From Clostridia bacterium (GTDB lineage: Bacteria; Bacillota; Clostridia; TANB77; CAG-465), in assembly GCA_028684095.1 (NCBI GenBank), contig JAQUGQ010000003.1:4979-68978 (forward strand): DNA of 64,000 bases, given 5' to 3'. Below, in pieces: positions 10,445 to 20,967 of the stretch. Within the stretch, counting starts at the first letter, position 1, and each line of letters opens with the position of its first letter. The notes below the pieces were generated by a model. The model did not search any database and had not been told where the DNA came from. It saw only the letters and a program-made list of their open reading frames with translations. The translations under genes were made by a program, and so were the position numbers.

Positions 10445-12841
10445 TTAATATATATTTACTTCATTATTATTTGGAGATGTTAATATTGCACTTGTATGTA
10501 TATTACAAGTTGCTGTAGGTATCATAAATCCCCAATCTTTTGGTTTTACACCTGGAACATAATCTCTAGTTATAAATGATTTAGTTACAGGATTCGGACA
10601 AAATTCTGTCGCTAGAAGACCTGTTTCACTGCATATACTAACTGATTTATGTATATCACATGTTTTAGTAGGTACACTGCCACTTGCAAATATATCAGTT
10701 ATAGTTTGATCTCCTCTAGGATCATTTCTACATGCATCTGTTGCAACAAATCCAGATATTCTACACACTGAACCTTTTACTATCGTAGAAGGTTTATCAA
10801 ATTGTTTAATTTCCTGACCTTTACTTATTGTATTTAATACAGTATTAAATAGCACCATAGAAGTATATGGATATGCTCCTATACCAGTCCTATATCCTAT
10901 AGATTTATTTGTATCATAACCATTCCAACAAGCTATAGTATAGTATGGTGAAAAACCTATAAACCATTGATCATAATCATCATTTGTATTACCAGTTTTA
11001 CCTGCTACTGGCATATTTCCAAGTTTAATTGTACCTGCACCAGTACCAGTTTTTATAACTGTCTCCAAACAATCTGTAAGCATAAACGAAGTAGAGTCTT
11101 TCATTACTTTTTTAGCTATAGTATCTTGTTTTAATACTTCTTTTTCATTTTTATCTAATACTTTTGTATATAATTTAGGTGTCATATATATTCCACCATT
11201 TGCTATAGTTGAATATGCATTTGCCATTTCAAGAACTGTGAATCCTTTTGTCACACCTCCTAATGCAATTGAAGCTAAGTTTTTATCTGCCTCTACTAAA
11301 TCTACAAGACCAGTATTTTTAGCAAATAGAAATGCATTATCTACTCCGGCTCTTTGAGCTGCTCTAACTGCTGGTATATTCATTGATTTAGATATAGCAA
11401 GTCTTGCTGTAACATAACCATTAAAGTATCCATAATAATTTCCAGGTGTCCAATTACCAAGTGTAAATTGACTATCATCAAGTCCCATTCCTGGGGCTAA
11501 AACTCCCTGTTCAAAAGCAGGTCCATATGCTCCAAGTGGTTTCATTGTAGAACCAGGTTGCCTATATGTTTGTGTTGCTCTGTTTAAAGTAAGTGTTCCT
11601 GATTTTACATCAGCTCCACCTATTAATCCTAATACATTACCTGTTGATTGATCCATTACAACCATTGAAGATTGCATAAAATCTCCTTTTTTATCTGTAT
11701 AGAATAATTTTGTATTATTGTAAGCATCGTCAATTGCTTTTTGAACTGCTTGATCTTGTGTTGAATATATTTTATATCCATCAGCATATAACATTTTAAT
11801 TGCAACTCCACGTGTTACACTTTTTTGTTCTTGTAAATCTAATATAACTTGTTCTATTACAGCATCAACAAAATATGTTTGAATTTTCTCAGTGCCAGAT
11901 ATTGATTCTTTTTTAAATATAATTTCATATTTAGAGGCTTCATCATATTCAACTTGAGATATTTTACCTAATTTTAACATTTGTTTTAATACTAAATCTT
12001 TTCTTTCAAGTAATCTTGTTTTAGCATCTTCACTTTTATATGGATTTGTATTTTCTGGAGTTTGTATTGCAGCAGCAAGTATTGCTGCCTCCGCAATATT
12101 TGTTTCCTTAATAGATTTTCCAAAATAATTTTGTGAAGCAACTTCAACACCATACGATCCATCGCCTAAATATATTGTGTTTAAATATGATTCCATTATT
12201 TGTTCTTTAGTAAGTTTACTTTCTAAAGATATTGCCCTATACCATTCTCTTATTTTTCTAGTCCATGAAGTTTCTTTGTCTGAAGTTATAGTTTTAACTA
12301 ATTGTTGAGTTATAGTACTACCACCAAAACTAGATTTACCACCATTGAATGCAAAAGTAAACACAGCTCCAGCTGTTCTTTTTATATCTACACCACCATG
12401 ACTAAAAAATCTTTCATCCTCTATAGATATAACCGCATCAACTAAAGATTTTGGTAAATTTTTATATTCTACAGTTACCCTATTTTCACTATCATATAAA
12501 TTTCCTATTTCAATTCCATCTTTATCATATATAAATGAAGTTAATTTAAGAAGTTGTAAATCTTCTAATTCAATACTATCAGTTTTGTCTATTACTCCAG
12601 AAATAACACCAAAAACAATACCTGTCCCGATTATGCCAAGAGCAACCATTGTGAACAAGAAAATTTTAAATATTTTCCATCTTAATTTTTTATTCTTTTT
12701 ATTTTTAATATTATTAGTATTCTTATCGTTACTTTTTTCATTAATGTTTTTGTTTCTACTATTATTAAAAATATTTTTAAATTTAAATAATTGTTTTTTT
12801 TCTGCAATATTTTTTTTTCTTATTTCTTGACCTTTTCTCAT
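10445..12841 (-). CDS. Class A penicillin-binding protein (bifunctional GT51 transglycosylase / transpeptidase, PBP1A-like)
   Basis: 798 aa with N-terminal TM, GT51 motifs (EDERFFSHGGVD, GGSTITQQLVKT) and a transpeptidase domain (STMKPL ... KTGT). Confidence 0.9.
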   Translation of the reverse strand: MRKGQEIRKKNIAEKKQLFKFKNIFNNSRNKNINEKSNDKNTNNIKNKKNKKLRWKIFKIFLFTMVALGIIGTGIVFGVISGVIDKTDSIELEDLQLLKLTSFIYDKDGIEIGNLYDSENRVTVEYKNLPKSLVDAVISIEDERFFSHGGVDIKRTAGAVFTFAFNGGKSSFGGSTITQQLVKTITSDKETSWTRKIREWYRAISLESKLTKEQIMESYLNTIYLGDGSYGVEVASQNYFGKSIKETNIAEAAILAAAIQTPENTNPYKSEDAKTRLLERKDLVLKQMLKLGKISQVEYDEASKYEIIFKKESISGTEKIQTYFVDAVIEQVILDLQEQKSVTRGVAIKMLYADGYKIYSTQDQAVQKAIDDAYNNTKLFYTDKKGDFMQSSMVVMDQSTGNVLGLIGGADVKSGTLTLNRATQTYRQPGSTMKPLGAYGPAFEQGVLAPGMGLDDSQFTLGNWTPGNYYGYFNGYVTARLAISKSMNIPAVRAAQRAGVDNAFLFAKNTGLVDLVEADKNLASIALGGVTKGFTVLEMANAYSTIANGGIYMTPKLYTKVLDKNEKEVLKQDTIAKKVMKDSTSFMLTDCLETVIKTGTGAGTIKLGNMPVAGKTGNTNDDYDQWFIGFSPYYTIACWNGYDTNKSIGYRTGIGAYPYTSMVLFNTVLNTISKGQEIKQFDKPSTIVKGSVCRISGFVATDACRNDPRGDQTITDIFASGSVPTKTCDIHKSVSICSETGLLATEFCPNPVTKSFITRDYVPGVKPKDWGFMIPTATCNIHTSAILTSPNNNEVNIY

Positions 12842-12955
12842 TTAATTCACCTCAAAATGATTATTATTTAACACAAATATTATAACATTAAAAATATTTA
12901 TTTACAATACATATCTTGTTTTTTTCACAAAAAGTAAGTAAATTCCAAAAATAGT

Positions 12956-13327
12956 TTACCAAACTCCAAATAACTTTTCAAAATCACATCTTAAGCTAAA
13001 ACTTGTTTTAAGGGCTTCTTTTACTTTAAGCATTGTTTGAACATCTAAAAATCCGATTTTTTCTTTCAACCTTGATTTATCCAAAGTTCTTATTTGTTCC
13101 GCTAAAATTATAGATTCTTTTTCTAATCCGTACTTTTCGCCATCTATCTTTATATGAGTTGGTAAATAATTTTTAACTTTTGATGTTATTGCAAGTGCTA
13201 TTATTGTTGGACTATATTTATTTCCAATATCATTTTGTACTATTAAAACAGGTCTTATACCATCTTGTTCACTTCCAACTACAGGACCCAAACTAGCATA
13301 AAATATGTCGCCTCTTTTTATATCCAT
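12956..13327 (-). CDS. mazF: EndoA/MazF-type endoribonuclease toxin (PemK family)
   Basis: MDIKRGDIFYASLGPVVGSEQDGIRPVLIVQNDIGNKYSPTIIALAITSK... is near-colinear with B. subtilis EndoA (NdoA). Probable start is the ATG at 13327 with a GGAGTG RBS; the ORF track extends to a TTG at 13330. Confidence 0.9.
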   Translation of the reverse strand: MDIKRGDIFYASLGPVVGSEQDGIRPVLIVQNDIGNKYSPTIIALAITSKVKNYLPTHIKIDGEKYGLEKESIILAEQIRTLDKSRLKEKIGFLDVQTMLKVKEALKTSFSLRCDFEKLFGVW

Positions 13328-13339
13328 CAAAAATCACTC

Positions 13340-14065
13340 CTAAAATTCAAATATATCATCAGATATTTCATTGTTTAGTTCAAACTTTATAAATTTAATA
13401 TTAATATATACGTTGTTATCATTTGAGTATACCATTATATCTATTGGTTTATTATCTGATATAGTCAATTCTATTTTAGATAATTTTAAACCATTTGAAA
13501 ATAAATCTGAATATTTACATATACCTTCAGTGGTACATATTGTATCATGTATTTGTTTATCTAGAATTAATTCATATTTCTTTATGGCTTCTTCCTCTGT
13601 TACATTCAAGCACATACATTTTATACTATCTATATTATTAATTATATCTATATAAGTTGCTAAACTAAATAGATTAGTTTTTTTAAAGTTATTCGAATTT
13701 ATAATATAACTACTTATCTGTGAAGTATTTTCTATCTTTACTCTATCATTACAGACTATATATGAAATATCATTACCTAAAATATCTTTATAACCAAATT
13801 TAAAATATTCATTAATTCCATCTTTTTTATATATTTCATTCATGACATATATATTTCTATTTTTATTTGATATATCTGTTATTTCATACTCTGCAAAGTA
13901 TGAGTTACCAATAAATATATCTGATTGTTTAAGTGAATTATCAATTGGTGATTTTATAACAGAATAAAATGAAACATATATTAGTATAAAAGCAATTAAA
14001 ATAGCTAAAATTACTACAACGTACAATTTATTTTTTACAAAAAAAGAAATGTTAAAAACATGCAT
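13340..14065 (-). CDS. Hypothetical membrane-anchored protein directly upstream of mazF and translationally coupled to it (sits where an antitoxin would be)
   Basis: 241 aa with N-terminal TM VVVILAILIAFILIYVSF. Its stop overlaps the mazF RBS. No AbrB/MazE-like or RHH fold is evident. Confidence 0.4.
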   Translation of the reverse strand: MHVFNISFFVKNKLYVVVILAILIAFILIYVSFYSVIKSPIDNSLKQSDIFIGNSYFAEYEITDISNKNRNIYVMNEIYKKDGINEYFKFGYKDILGNDISYIVCNDRVKIENTSQISSYIINSNNFKKTNLFSLATYIDIINNIDSIKCMCLNVTEEEAIKKYELILDKQIHDTICTTEGICKYSDLFSNGLKLSKIELTISDNKPIDIMVYSNDNNVYINIKFIKFELNNEISDDIFEF

Positions 14066-14146
14066 ATAAAAACCCCTTCAATCTAATTATATAACATTAT
14101 ATTTAAATTATATATGTTATATTACTAAATTGAGGGGGTTAATTTA

Positions 14147-15769
14147 TTATTGATTAGTTTTTGTTCCTTTGATATTAGCAATTGCTTGCCCAATCTCAGC
14201 AAGTTTTTCTTTAATTCCTTGTAAATCTTCCTCTACTATGTTATGTTTTATTTCTGTTTTAACTATATTAGTAACATCATCTATATCTTGTTTCAAGAAT
14301 GATAATTCTTCTAATATATCAAATCTAGCACTATTATATGTAGCCTTAGTTTCAATTAATTTACCATCTAATGTGTATGTTTCTTCAAGACTTGGAATAA
14401 TTGAATTGATACCAAATCTATTAAATATTTCATTTTTAAATACTTGTTGATTTAAATATTCACCATGAACTATAAATATATTTTTTGGTTTTTCTTTTAT
14501 TTTATCAATCCAATTTAATAATCCATTTTTATCTGCATGCCCTGAAAATGAATCTAAATATCTAATTTCAGCTTTTACTGCTATTTCTTCACCAAATATT
14601 TTCACTAATTTTTCACCTGACATTATTCTTTTACCAAGTGTTCCTTCAGCTTGAAATCCTACAAATAACACTGTAGATTCTGGTCTATACAAATTATGTT
14701 TCAAATGATGCTTTATTCTACCAACTTCGCACATTCCAGAAGCAGATATAATAATTTTTGGTATATTATCTTCATTTAAAGCTTTTGATTCTTCTGGAGA
14801 TACAATGAAGTGTAAATTTTCAAAGTTTAATGGATTTTCTCCTTCAAGCAAATATTTTAAAGTTTCTTCATCATAATATTCAGGATTTTGTTCGAATATT
14901 TTTGTAGCATTAACTGCAAGAGGACTGTCTACATAAACAGGTATTTTTCTAAGTTTATCTTCTACCCCTAATAAATCTGCATATTTATTTATTTCATATA
15001 ATATCTCTTGTGTTCTACCTACAGCAAAAGAAGGTATTATTAAGTTACCGCCTCTTTCAATAGTTTTTAATATTATATCTACAAATTCAGCTGATTGGTC
15101 TTTTATTTCACCATGTAATCTATTACCATATGTAGATTCTATTACTAAATAATCAGCTTTGTCAATAGTATCCGGATCATTTAAAAGTGGCATGTTAATA
15201 TTACCTAAATCACCTGTAAATACTAATCTTTTAACAGTATCATCTTCTTTTATATCTAATAAAACTATACTTGAACCTAACATATGACCTGCATCTATCA
15301 ATTTAAATGAAATATTTTCATCTATAACTACAGTTTGATTATATTCTAAGCCTTTAAATAATTTTATAGAATCACTACCATCTTGAGCTGTATACATAGG
15401 TTCTGATTCCTTTTTACCAGCTCTTCTTCTTTTTTTATTTACCCATTCAATTTCCTTTTCTTGTATATGACCACTGTCTGCTAACATTATAGTACATAAA
15501 TCAACTGTTGCATTTGTTGTATATATTACACCGTTATAACCTTGTTTATATAATTTTGGCAATCTACCACTATGATCTATGTGTGCATGTGTTAAAATAA
15601 CAAAGTCTATTTCTTTTATGTCAAAAGGAAAATCTTCGTAGTTTAACATTTGTTCTACAAGTTTTCCTTGAAACATTCCACAATCAACTAAAAATTTTTT
15701 ACCACATGCTTCAACCATGTGACATGATCCAGTAACTGTCCTAGCTGCCCCATAAAACGTTATATTCAT
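14147..15769 (-). CDS. MBL-fold beta-CASP RNA-metabolising hydrolase (COG1236 / CPSF73-like family)
   Basis: MNITFYGAARTVTGSCHMVEACGKKFLVDCGMFQG ... LTHAHIDHSGRLP is colinear with TTHA0252-type beta-CASP nucleases. 540 aa with a C-terminal extension. Confidence 0.8.
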   Translation of the reverse strand: MNITFYGAARTVTGSCHMVEACGKKFLVDCGMFQGKLVEQMLNYEDFPFDIKEIDFVILTHAHIDHSGRLPKLYKQGYNGVIYTTNATVDLCTIMLADSGHIQEKEIEWVNKKRRRAGKKESEPMYTAQDGSDSIKLFKGLEYNQTVVIDENISFKLIDAGHMLGSSIVLLDIKEDDTVKRLVFTGDLGNINMPLLNDPDTIDKADYLVIESTYGNRLHGEIKDQSAEFVDIILKTIERGGNLIIPSFAVGRTQEILYEINKYADLLGVEDKLRKIPVYVDSPLAVNATKIFEQNPEYYDEETLKYLLEGENPLNFENLHFIVSPEESKALNEDNIPKIIISASGMCEVGRIKHHLKHNLYRPESTVLFVGFQAEGTLGKRIMSGEKLVKIFGEEIAVKAEIRYLDSFSGHADKNGLLNWIDKIKEKPKNIFIVHGEYLNQQVFKNEIFNRFGINSIIPSLEETYTLDGKLIETKATYNSARFDILEELSFLKQDIDDVTNIVKTEIKHNIVEEDLQGIKEKLAEIGQAIANIKGTKTNQ

Positions 15770-15796
15770 AATCTTATCCCTCTTTCATATGTACAT

Positions 15797-17479
15797 TTAA
15801 CTTTTTTTAAAGTCTTTTATAATAAACTGTATAGTTTTTGGACTAGTAAATGTATTTATACTAATATTACCAACTATAACAATCTTATCACCTACTACAA
15901 GTTCATCTCTTCTGTGTCCAGAAGAAAATGCAATACCAATTAATAAACTATTCATATCTCTAAGTGTTAGTTTCAAATGTTTTCCGTCTTTTATAGTACT
16001 AATTGCTTGAACTTTTAATCCTTTATATATAAATACTGGTTCTTTATTGCCCTGTCCATAAGGTTTCATTGAAATAGTATCTATAATTGTATTTATATTT
16101 AAATCATCTCTAGTTATTTCCGCATCTATATCTATAATTTCTTTATTTTCACCTGGACTTATTTCATTCACAATTTCATCAAATTTATTTTTAAATTGTT
16201 CGATTTTATCCGATTCGATTGTCATACCTGCTGCAAGTTCGTGACCACCAAATTGAATTAATAAGTCTTTACATTTAGTTAAAGCTTCATATAAAGAAAA
16301 ACCTACTTCACATCTACCTGAACCACGTATAACACCATTTTCTTTTGTAAATAATATTACAGGTTTAAAATATATATTTACAAGCTTAGATGCAACTATT
16401 CCAATTACCCCATTATGCCAATTTTCATCATATAGTACAATAGAACTTTTTTTATCTGCCTCGTTTTCTTCTACCATTTTAAGAGCTTGATCAAATATAT
16501 TTTTTTCTACTTGTTGTCTTAATTTATTTTGTTCATCAAGTTTAAGAGCTATTTTATTTGCTTCGTGCAAATTTTTAGCAAGTAGTAATTCAACAGCTAA
16601 CCCCGCATTTCCCATTCTTCCGCAAGCATTAATTCTAGGTGCTAAAGCAAATGAAACTAAAATACTATCTATTTCATTTGAACCAACTAGTTTTAAAATA
16701 GCAGAAAGTCCTATATTTTTTGTTACTTTCATTGCTTCTATACCAAATTTAGCTATTATTCTATTTTCACCAGTAAGTGGTACAATATCAGATATTGTAC
16801 CCACTGCTGCTATATCTAAATATTTTAAATATCTATCCTTATTTAGATTATGCTTCATACTTAGTGCAGTTATACATTTAAATGCTACTCCTACACCTGC
16901 ATGAAATTTAAATTCTGATTTATCACCACTTTGTTTAGGATTAACTATACATATTGCATCTGGAAGTTCATCACTACATTCATGATGATCCGTCACACAT
17001 ACATGTAGTCCAATACCACTTGCATATTTAATTTCCTCTATAGCCGTAATACCACAATCTACAGTTATAAGTAAACTTGTACCCTTATCTCTTATATTAT
17101 TTAAAGCATCTCTATTTAGTCCATAGCCTTCAGATAATCTATCAGGTAAATAATAACTAACATTTGCACCTAATTCTTCTAAAAATTTATACATTATTAT
17201 TATACTTGTAATTCCATCAACATCATAATCACCATATATACAAATCTTTTCACCTTTAGAAATAGCATTTGAAACTCTATCTACAAATTTGTTCATATCT
17301 TTAATTAAATATGGATCTTTTAAATTTTCTAAATTAGCTTTCAAAAAATCTTTTATATCATCAAAAGCAATACCATGAGACACAATTAATTTACTTAAAA
17401 TTGCTGATATTTTATATCTATCCATTATCTTAGAAATATACTCTTCATCATAACTTTTTACATTCCACAATTTCTGCAT
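15797..17479 (-). CDS. recJ: Single-stranded-DNA-specific exonuclease RecJ (DHH/DHHA1)
   Basis: DHH motifs ICIYGDYDVDGITS ... ITVDCG ... DHH, then a DHHA1 region (GGHELAAG). Confidence 0.85.
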   Translation of the reverse strand: MQKLWNVKSYDEEYISKIMDRYKISAILSKLIVSHGIAFDDIKDFLKANLENLKDPYLIKDMNKFVDRVSNAISKGEKICIYGDYDVDGITSIIIMYKFLEELGANVSYYLPDRLSEGYGLNRDALNNIRDKGTSLLITVDCGITAIEEIKYASGIGLHVCVTDHHECSDELPDAICIVNPKQSGDKSEFKFHAGVGVAFKCITALSMKHNLNKDRYLKYLDIAAVGTISDIVPLTGENRIIAKFGIEAMKVTKNIGLSAILKLVGSNEIDSILVSFALAPRINACGRMGNAGLAVELLLAKNLHEANKIALKLDEQNKLRQQVEKNIFDQALKMVEENEADKKSSIVLYDENWHNGVIGIVASKLVNIYFKPVILFTKENGVIRGSGRCEVGFSLYEALTKCKDLLIQFGGHELAAGMTIESDKIEQFKNKFDEIVNEISPGENKEIIDIDAEITRDDLNINTIIDTISMKPYGQGNKEPVFIYKGLKVQAISTIKDGKHLKLTLRDMNSLLIGIAFSSGHRRDELVVGDKIVIVGNISINTFTSPKTIQFIIKDFKKS

Positions 17480-17752
17480 TTTTACTCCTCTCTATAATTA
17501 TATATATCACAAATATATTTTACTATAAAAAAAGAAAAAAAGAAAGAGAAAAATAAAAATTTGTCAATTTTTCCATCAAATTGCTATTTAAAATATTTTT
17601 TCAATTAATTTTGAAAATTTCATAGAACAATACCCCTTTATAATAAAGTAGAAAACTTGTGTAGTTTAAGACATTTACAACTTTATATTTTCTACTCTAC
17701 TAGAGTAGCTCACTAGAAATTTCTCATAATCATTTAATTGTTAATTATATAA

Positions 17753-18442
17753 TTAATCTTTAATTATTCCTTTATCTTTAATTATTACCATGATATGCTC
17801 TACTACTTCTTCAACACTCATATACGTAGTATCAATTAAAATAGCATCTTCTACTTTAATAAGTGGTGAATGATCTCTATTCATATCTTGAGAATCTCTT
17901 TTTTTCATATCTTTTTCTATTTCTTCTAATGACAGTGTACATCCCATTTTTTCTAAATCCTTTTTTCTTCTTAAAGTTCTGGTTTTTATATCTCCATCTA
18001 AATAAACTTTAATATCAGCATTTGGAAAAACAACACTTCCTATATCTCTACCATCCATAATTACAGATATATCTTCTCCCATTTTTCTTTGCATATCAAC
18101 TAATCTCTCACGAACATATGGTATTTTTGAAATATCAGATGCACCCATTGATATTTCTGGTGTTCTAATATCATCAGTTACATCTTGATTATTTAGATGT
18201 ATAATAATTTTACCATCTGTATAATTTAATTTAATATCTATTTCTTTCATATATTTTTTTGCATTTTCTTCGTTTATTTTTATGTTGTTTGTAATGAAAT
18301 AATATGCACATACCCTATACATAGCACCTGTATCTACATAAATTATAGATAATTTTTTAGCTAACAGTTTTGCAATACATGATTTACCTGTAGCACACGG
18401 TCCATCTATTGCAATTATATATTTTTTTTGAATATTTTCCAT
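17753..18442 (-). CDS. cmk: Cytidylate kinase
   Basis: IAIDGPCATGKSCIAKLLAKKLSIIYVDTGAMYR is the canonical CMK N-terminus. Confidence 0.9.
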   Translation of the reverse strand: MENIQKKYIIAIDGPCATGKSCIAKLLAKKLSIIYVDTGAMYRVCAYYFITNNIKINEENAKKYMKEIDIKLNYTDGKIIIHLNNQDVTDDIRTPEISMGASDISKIPYVRERLVDMQRKMGEDISVIMDGRDIGSVVFPNADIKVYLDGDIKTRTLRRKKDLEKMGCTLSLEEIEKDMKKRDSQDMNRDHSPLIKVEDAILIDTTYMSVEEVVEHIMVIIKDKGIIKD

Positions 18443-18524
18443 CTTTTTTACCTCTATTCTTTATTTTTAACTTTAAATATGTTATCATATATATATATAA
18501 AAGTAAAGAGAAGGTGAATGTTTT

Positions 18525-19047
18525 GTTTGAAAATTTAGAAATATTTGATAAAAGAATTCTTGTTTTATACATTCTTGACATTGCAAAAAAGTCACTTACA
18601 GTTGACCAAATAGTAAGTTTTTGCTGCGAATTTGATGATATAACATATTTTGATATATGTGACTATATACAAAATTTAAAAATCAATAACTATATTGAAG
18701 AATGTTCTGAAGACAATATTACATTATATAGATTAACAAATCAAGGTATATTAATTTTACAAGAACTTCTAGAACTTATACCAGGTGTTAATTTATATAA
18801 ATTAAAAAAAATTTTATCTAAGAATATAATTAATGTAAATACAGAATATTCAATTGGTAGCAATGTAATACCTGTTAAATCAGATGAATACAAAATATCT
18901 TGTTATATAAAAGATGGAAATGATGAACTTGTTAATTTAACAATATATGCAGGAAATAAAGATAATGTAAGAAAAATATCTAAAAATTGGGTAGAAAATT
19001 CAGAAAATATATATGTAGAGTTATTAAAAATGATGACAAAAGAATAA
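18525..19047 (+). CDS. Hypothetical cytoplasmic protein (DUF4364-like?)
   Basis: ORF track 18409..19047, but its 5' part overlaps cmk on the other strand. The likely start is the TTG at 18525 after a GAAGGTGA RBS (MFENLEIFDKRILVLYILDIAKK...). Confidence 0.4.
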
Positions 19048-19069
19048 TTTCATTGTCATCATTTTTATT

Positions 19070-19660
19070 CTATACTTTAACAAATATATAATTTAAAAGA
19101 CTATTTATTATAATATCAGTAGTTTGACTTAATACCTCATCATTTAATTTGTTTTTATTTGCTACCATAAGTGCAAATATTTTTATATAATTAGCTATTA
19201 TTTTATAATCACAATTATTTCTTTCTTTAATATCTATACTATTTAAAATCATAAGTGCAACATCTCTGTCAAATGCTTTACTACTAGTAGCTTCAGGTAC
19301 TTTTAATTCTAATACTATCATATCATCATCATTTAAATAAGTGTATATATTATTATCCCCATAAGTTAAATAATCAATAAACTTTTTCAAACTTTCTTTA
19401 TCTAATTTACCATTTTTTAATATAATTTCATTTAACATATCTTTTATACATTTTCTTTTATATACAATAATCTCATATATAAACATTTCTTTGGATTCAA
19501 AAAAATTATAAAAAGTTCCTTTTGCTATTCCTGTAACTTTTGTTATATCTTCAACTAAAGTTTTTTTAATACCATGTTTTTTTATCAAATTATAACCATT
19601 TTCATACATTGTATTTTTTGCTCTTTCTCTACTTTCATTTTTAAAAATAATCGGCGACAT
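19070..19660 (-). CDS. TetR/AcrR family transcriptional regulator
   Basis: HTH KTLVEDITKVTGIAKGTFYNFFESKE is a classic TetR N-terminal domain. Confidence 0.8.
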   Translation of the reverse strand: MSPIIFKNESRERAKNTMYENGYNLIKKHGIKKTLVEDITKVTGIAKGTFYNFFESKEMFIYEIIVYKRKCIKDMLNEIILKNGKLDKESLKKFIDYLTYGDNNIYTYLNDDDMIVLELKVPEATSSKAFDRDVALMILNSIDIKERNNCDYKIIANYIKIFALMVANKNKLNDEVLSQTTDIIINSLLNYIFVKV

Positions 19661-19848
19661 CGAAGATTCGCTCCTTTCAACAAATGACTATATTATGTTT
19701 TGTAGTCATTTGTTCTATATTATCATAAACTATTTCAAATGTCAATAGTTTTTATTTAATTACAAATAAAAATATCCCTATATATTACAATAAGGATATC
19801 CATTGTGTATTATTTTATCTTTCACATATATTAATTTTTTTCATATTA

Positions 19849-20895
19849 TTATTCAATACTTACTTCTTCATTTATTTCTTCTGGAATAATCTTAGGTTTA
19901 TAAACTAAGAATATTAAACCAACTATTATTGGTAAATAAAATGTATACATTCTCCAAAATAATATTGAAATATCTATTGTATTAGGAGTGAAAAATGTTT
20001 TAAACATAATATAAAATCCACCTTCAGCAGCAATACTTGCTCCAGGAGTAGGCATGTATACAGTAATAAGTGCAAGTATCGTTTGAGCAGAAAGTATTGT
20101 TATAAAATCAACTGAATTTTGTCCAAATGCTCTATATACAACATATGTAATTGTATACAGAACAGTTATTTCAATAGCTGTATATAAACAAATTTTGAAT
20201 ATCATAAATTTTTCTTTTTTTATTATATTAAGCTGCTTAACAAAATCCAATATAATTTTTTTTATATTATCTGAGCTTTCATCTACATTTTTAATTATTT
20301 TGAATTTACTGAGAAATATAATCATACTTCTAATTATATTATATACAATTCTTTCGTTTATTATAATAGCTATTAAAAACATTATTACTAACATATTTAT
20401 TATAAAACCAATAATAGCTAAATACATATAGTTATTAAGTAATTGCTTAAAATATGAGTACTTAAAAATAACTATTATTAATGTATATATAATCAGTACT
20501 GCTTGGTATACTATAAATCTTGTTAATAATATGCTAACACCATTACTTAAAGATTTCCCTTCATTTTTCATTGTAATCAACTGTGCTGGCTGATCTCCAC
20601 AAGAAAATGGGGTAATATTATTAAAAAGTCTCCCTATCATAGCAAGTCTAAAACTACTTATAAATCTTTGCTTCTTATATATTTTTTTAGTTAACACATA
20701 AAAACATAATCCCTCTAATAACCAATATATTACTATAAGTATTATACCCATGATAACCCACCAATAATTTACACTCTTAAGTACTTTTATTATATTATCT
20801 ATACCATCAACCTTAAACATATATATAGGTAATCCTATAAACACTAATAATATGAAAGTTATGTTTATTATACTACTAATTTTTATTTTTTTCAT
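19849..20895 (-). CDS. Polytopic membrane protein, flippase-like / LPG-synthase-TM (UPF0104) family
   Basis: 348 aa with about 8 TM helices and a GDQPAQL motif. Confidence 0.5.
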   Translation of the reverse strand: MKKIKISSIINITFILLVFIGLPIYMFKVDGIDNIIKVLKSVNYWWVIMGIILIVIYWLLEGLCFYVLTKKIYKKQRFISSFRLAMIGRLFNNITPFSCGDQPAQLITMKNEGKSLSNGVSILLTRFIVYQAVLIIYTLIIVIFKYSYFKQLLNNYMYLAIIGFIINMLVIMFLIAIIINERIVYNIIRSMIIFLSKFKIIKNVDESSDNIKKIILDFVKQLNIIKKEKFMIFKICLYTAIEITVLYTITYVVYRAFGQNSVDFITILSAQTILALITVYMPTPGASIAAEGGFYIMFKTFFTPNTIDISILFWRMYTFYLPIIVGLIFLVYKPKIIPEEINEEVSIE

Positions 20896-20967
20896 CTATT
20901 TATCCTTTCATAAATGATATTTATATTATAACCTATATTAACATTCATATTTATACATCATATATAG

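Noticed and set aside
12585-12830. Plus-strand ORFs embedded antisense in large minus-strand genes (e.g. 12585-12830, 3777-4196, 5548-6039, 52427-52957, and the HPLQTYLLYIPLLFQFH... ORFs opposite the pilin-like genes)
   Set aside because: Low-complexity Leu/Ile/Phe/Ser-rich translations typical of the antisense strand of AT-rich coding DNA. They have no RBS and lie fully inside well-supported genes.
18409-18524. ORF-track start at 18409 for the gene downstream of cmk
   Set aside because: That extension overlaps the cmk N-terminus on the opposite strand and has no RBS. A GAAGGTGA RBS precedes the TTG at 18525, which I take as the real start.
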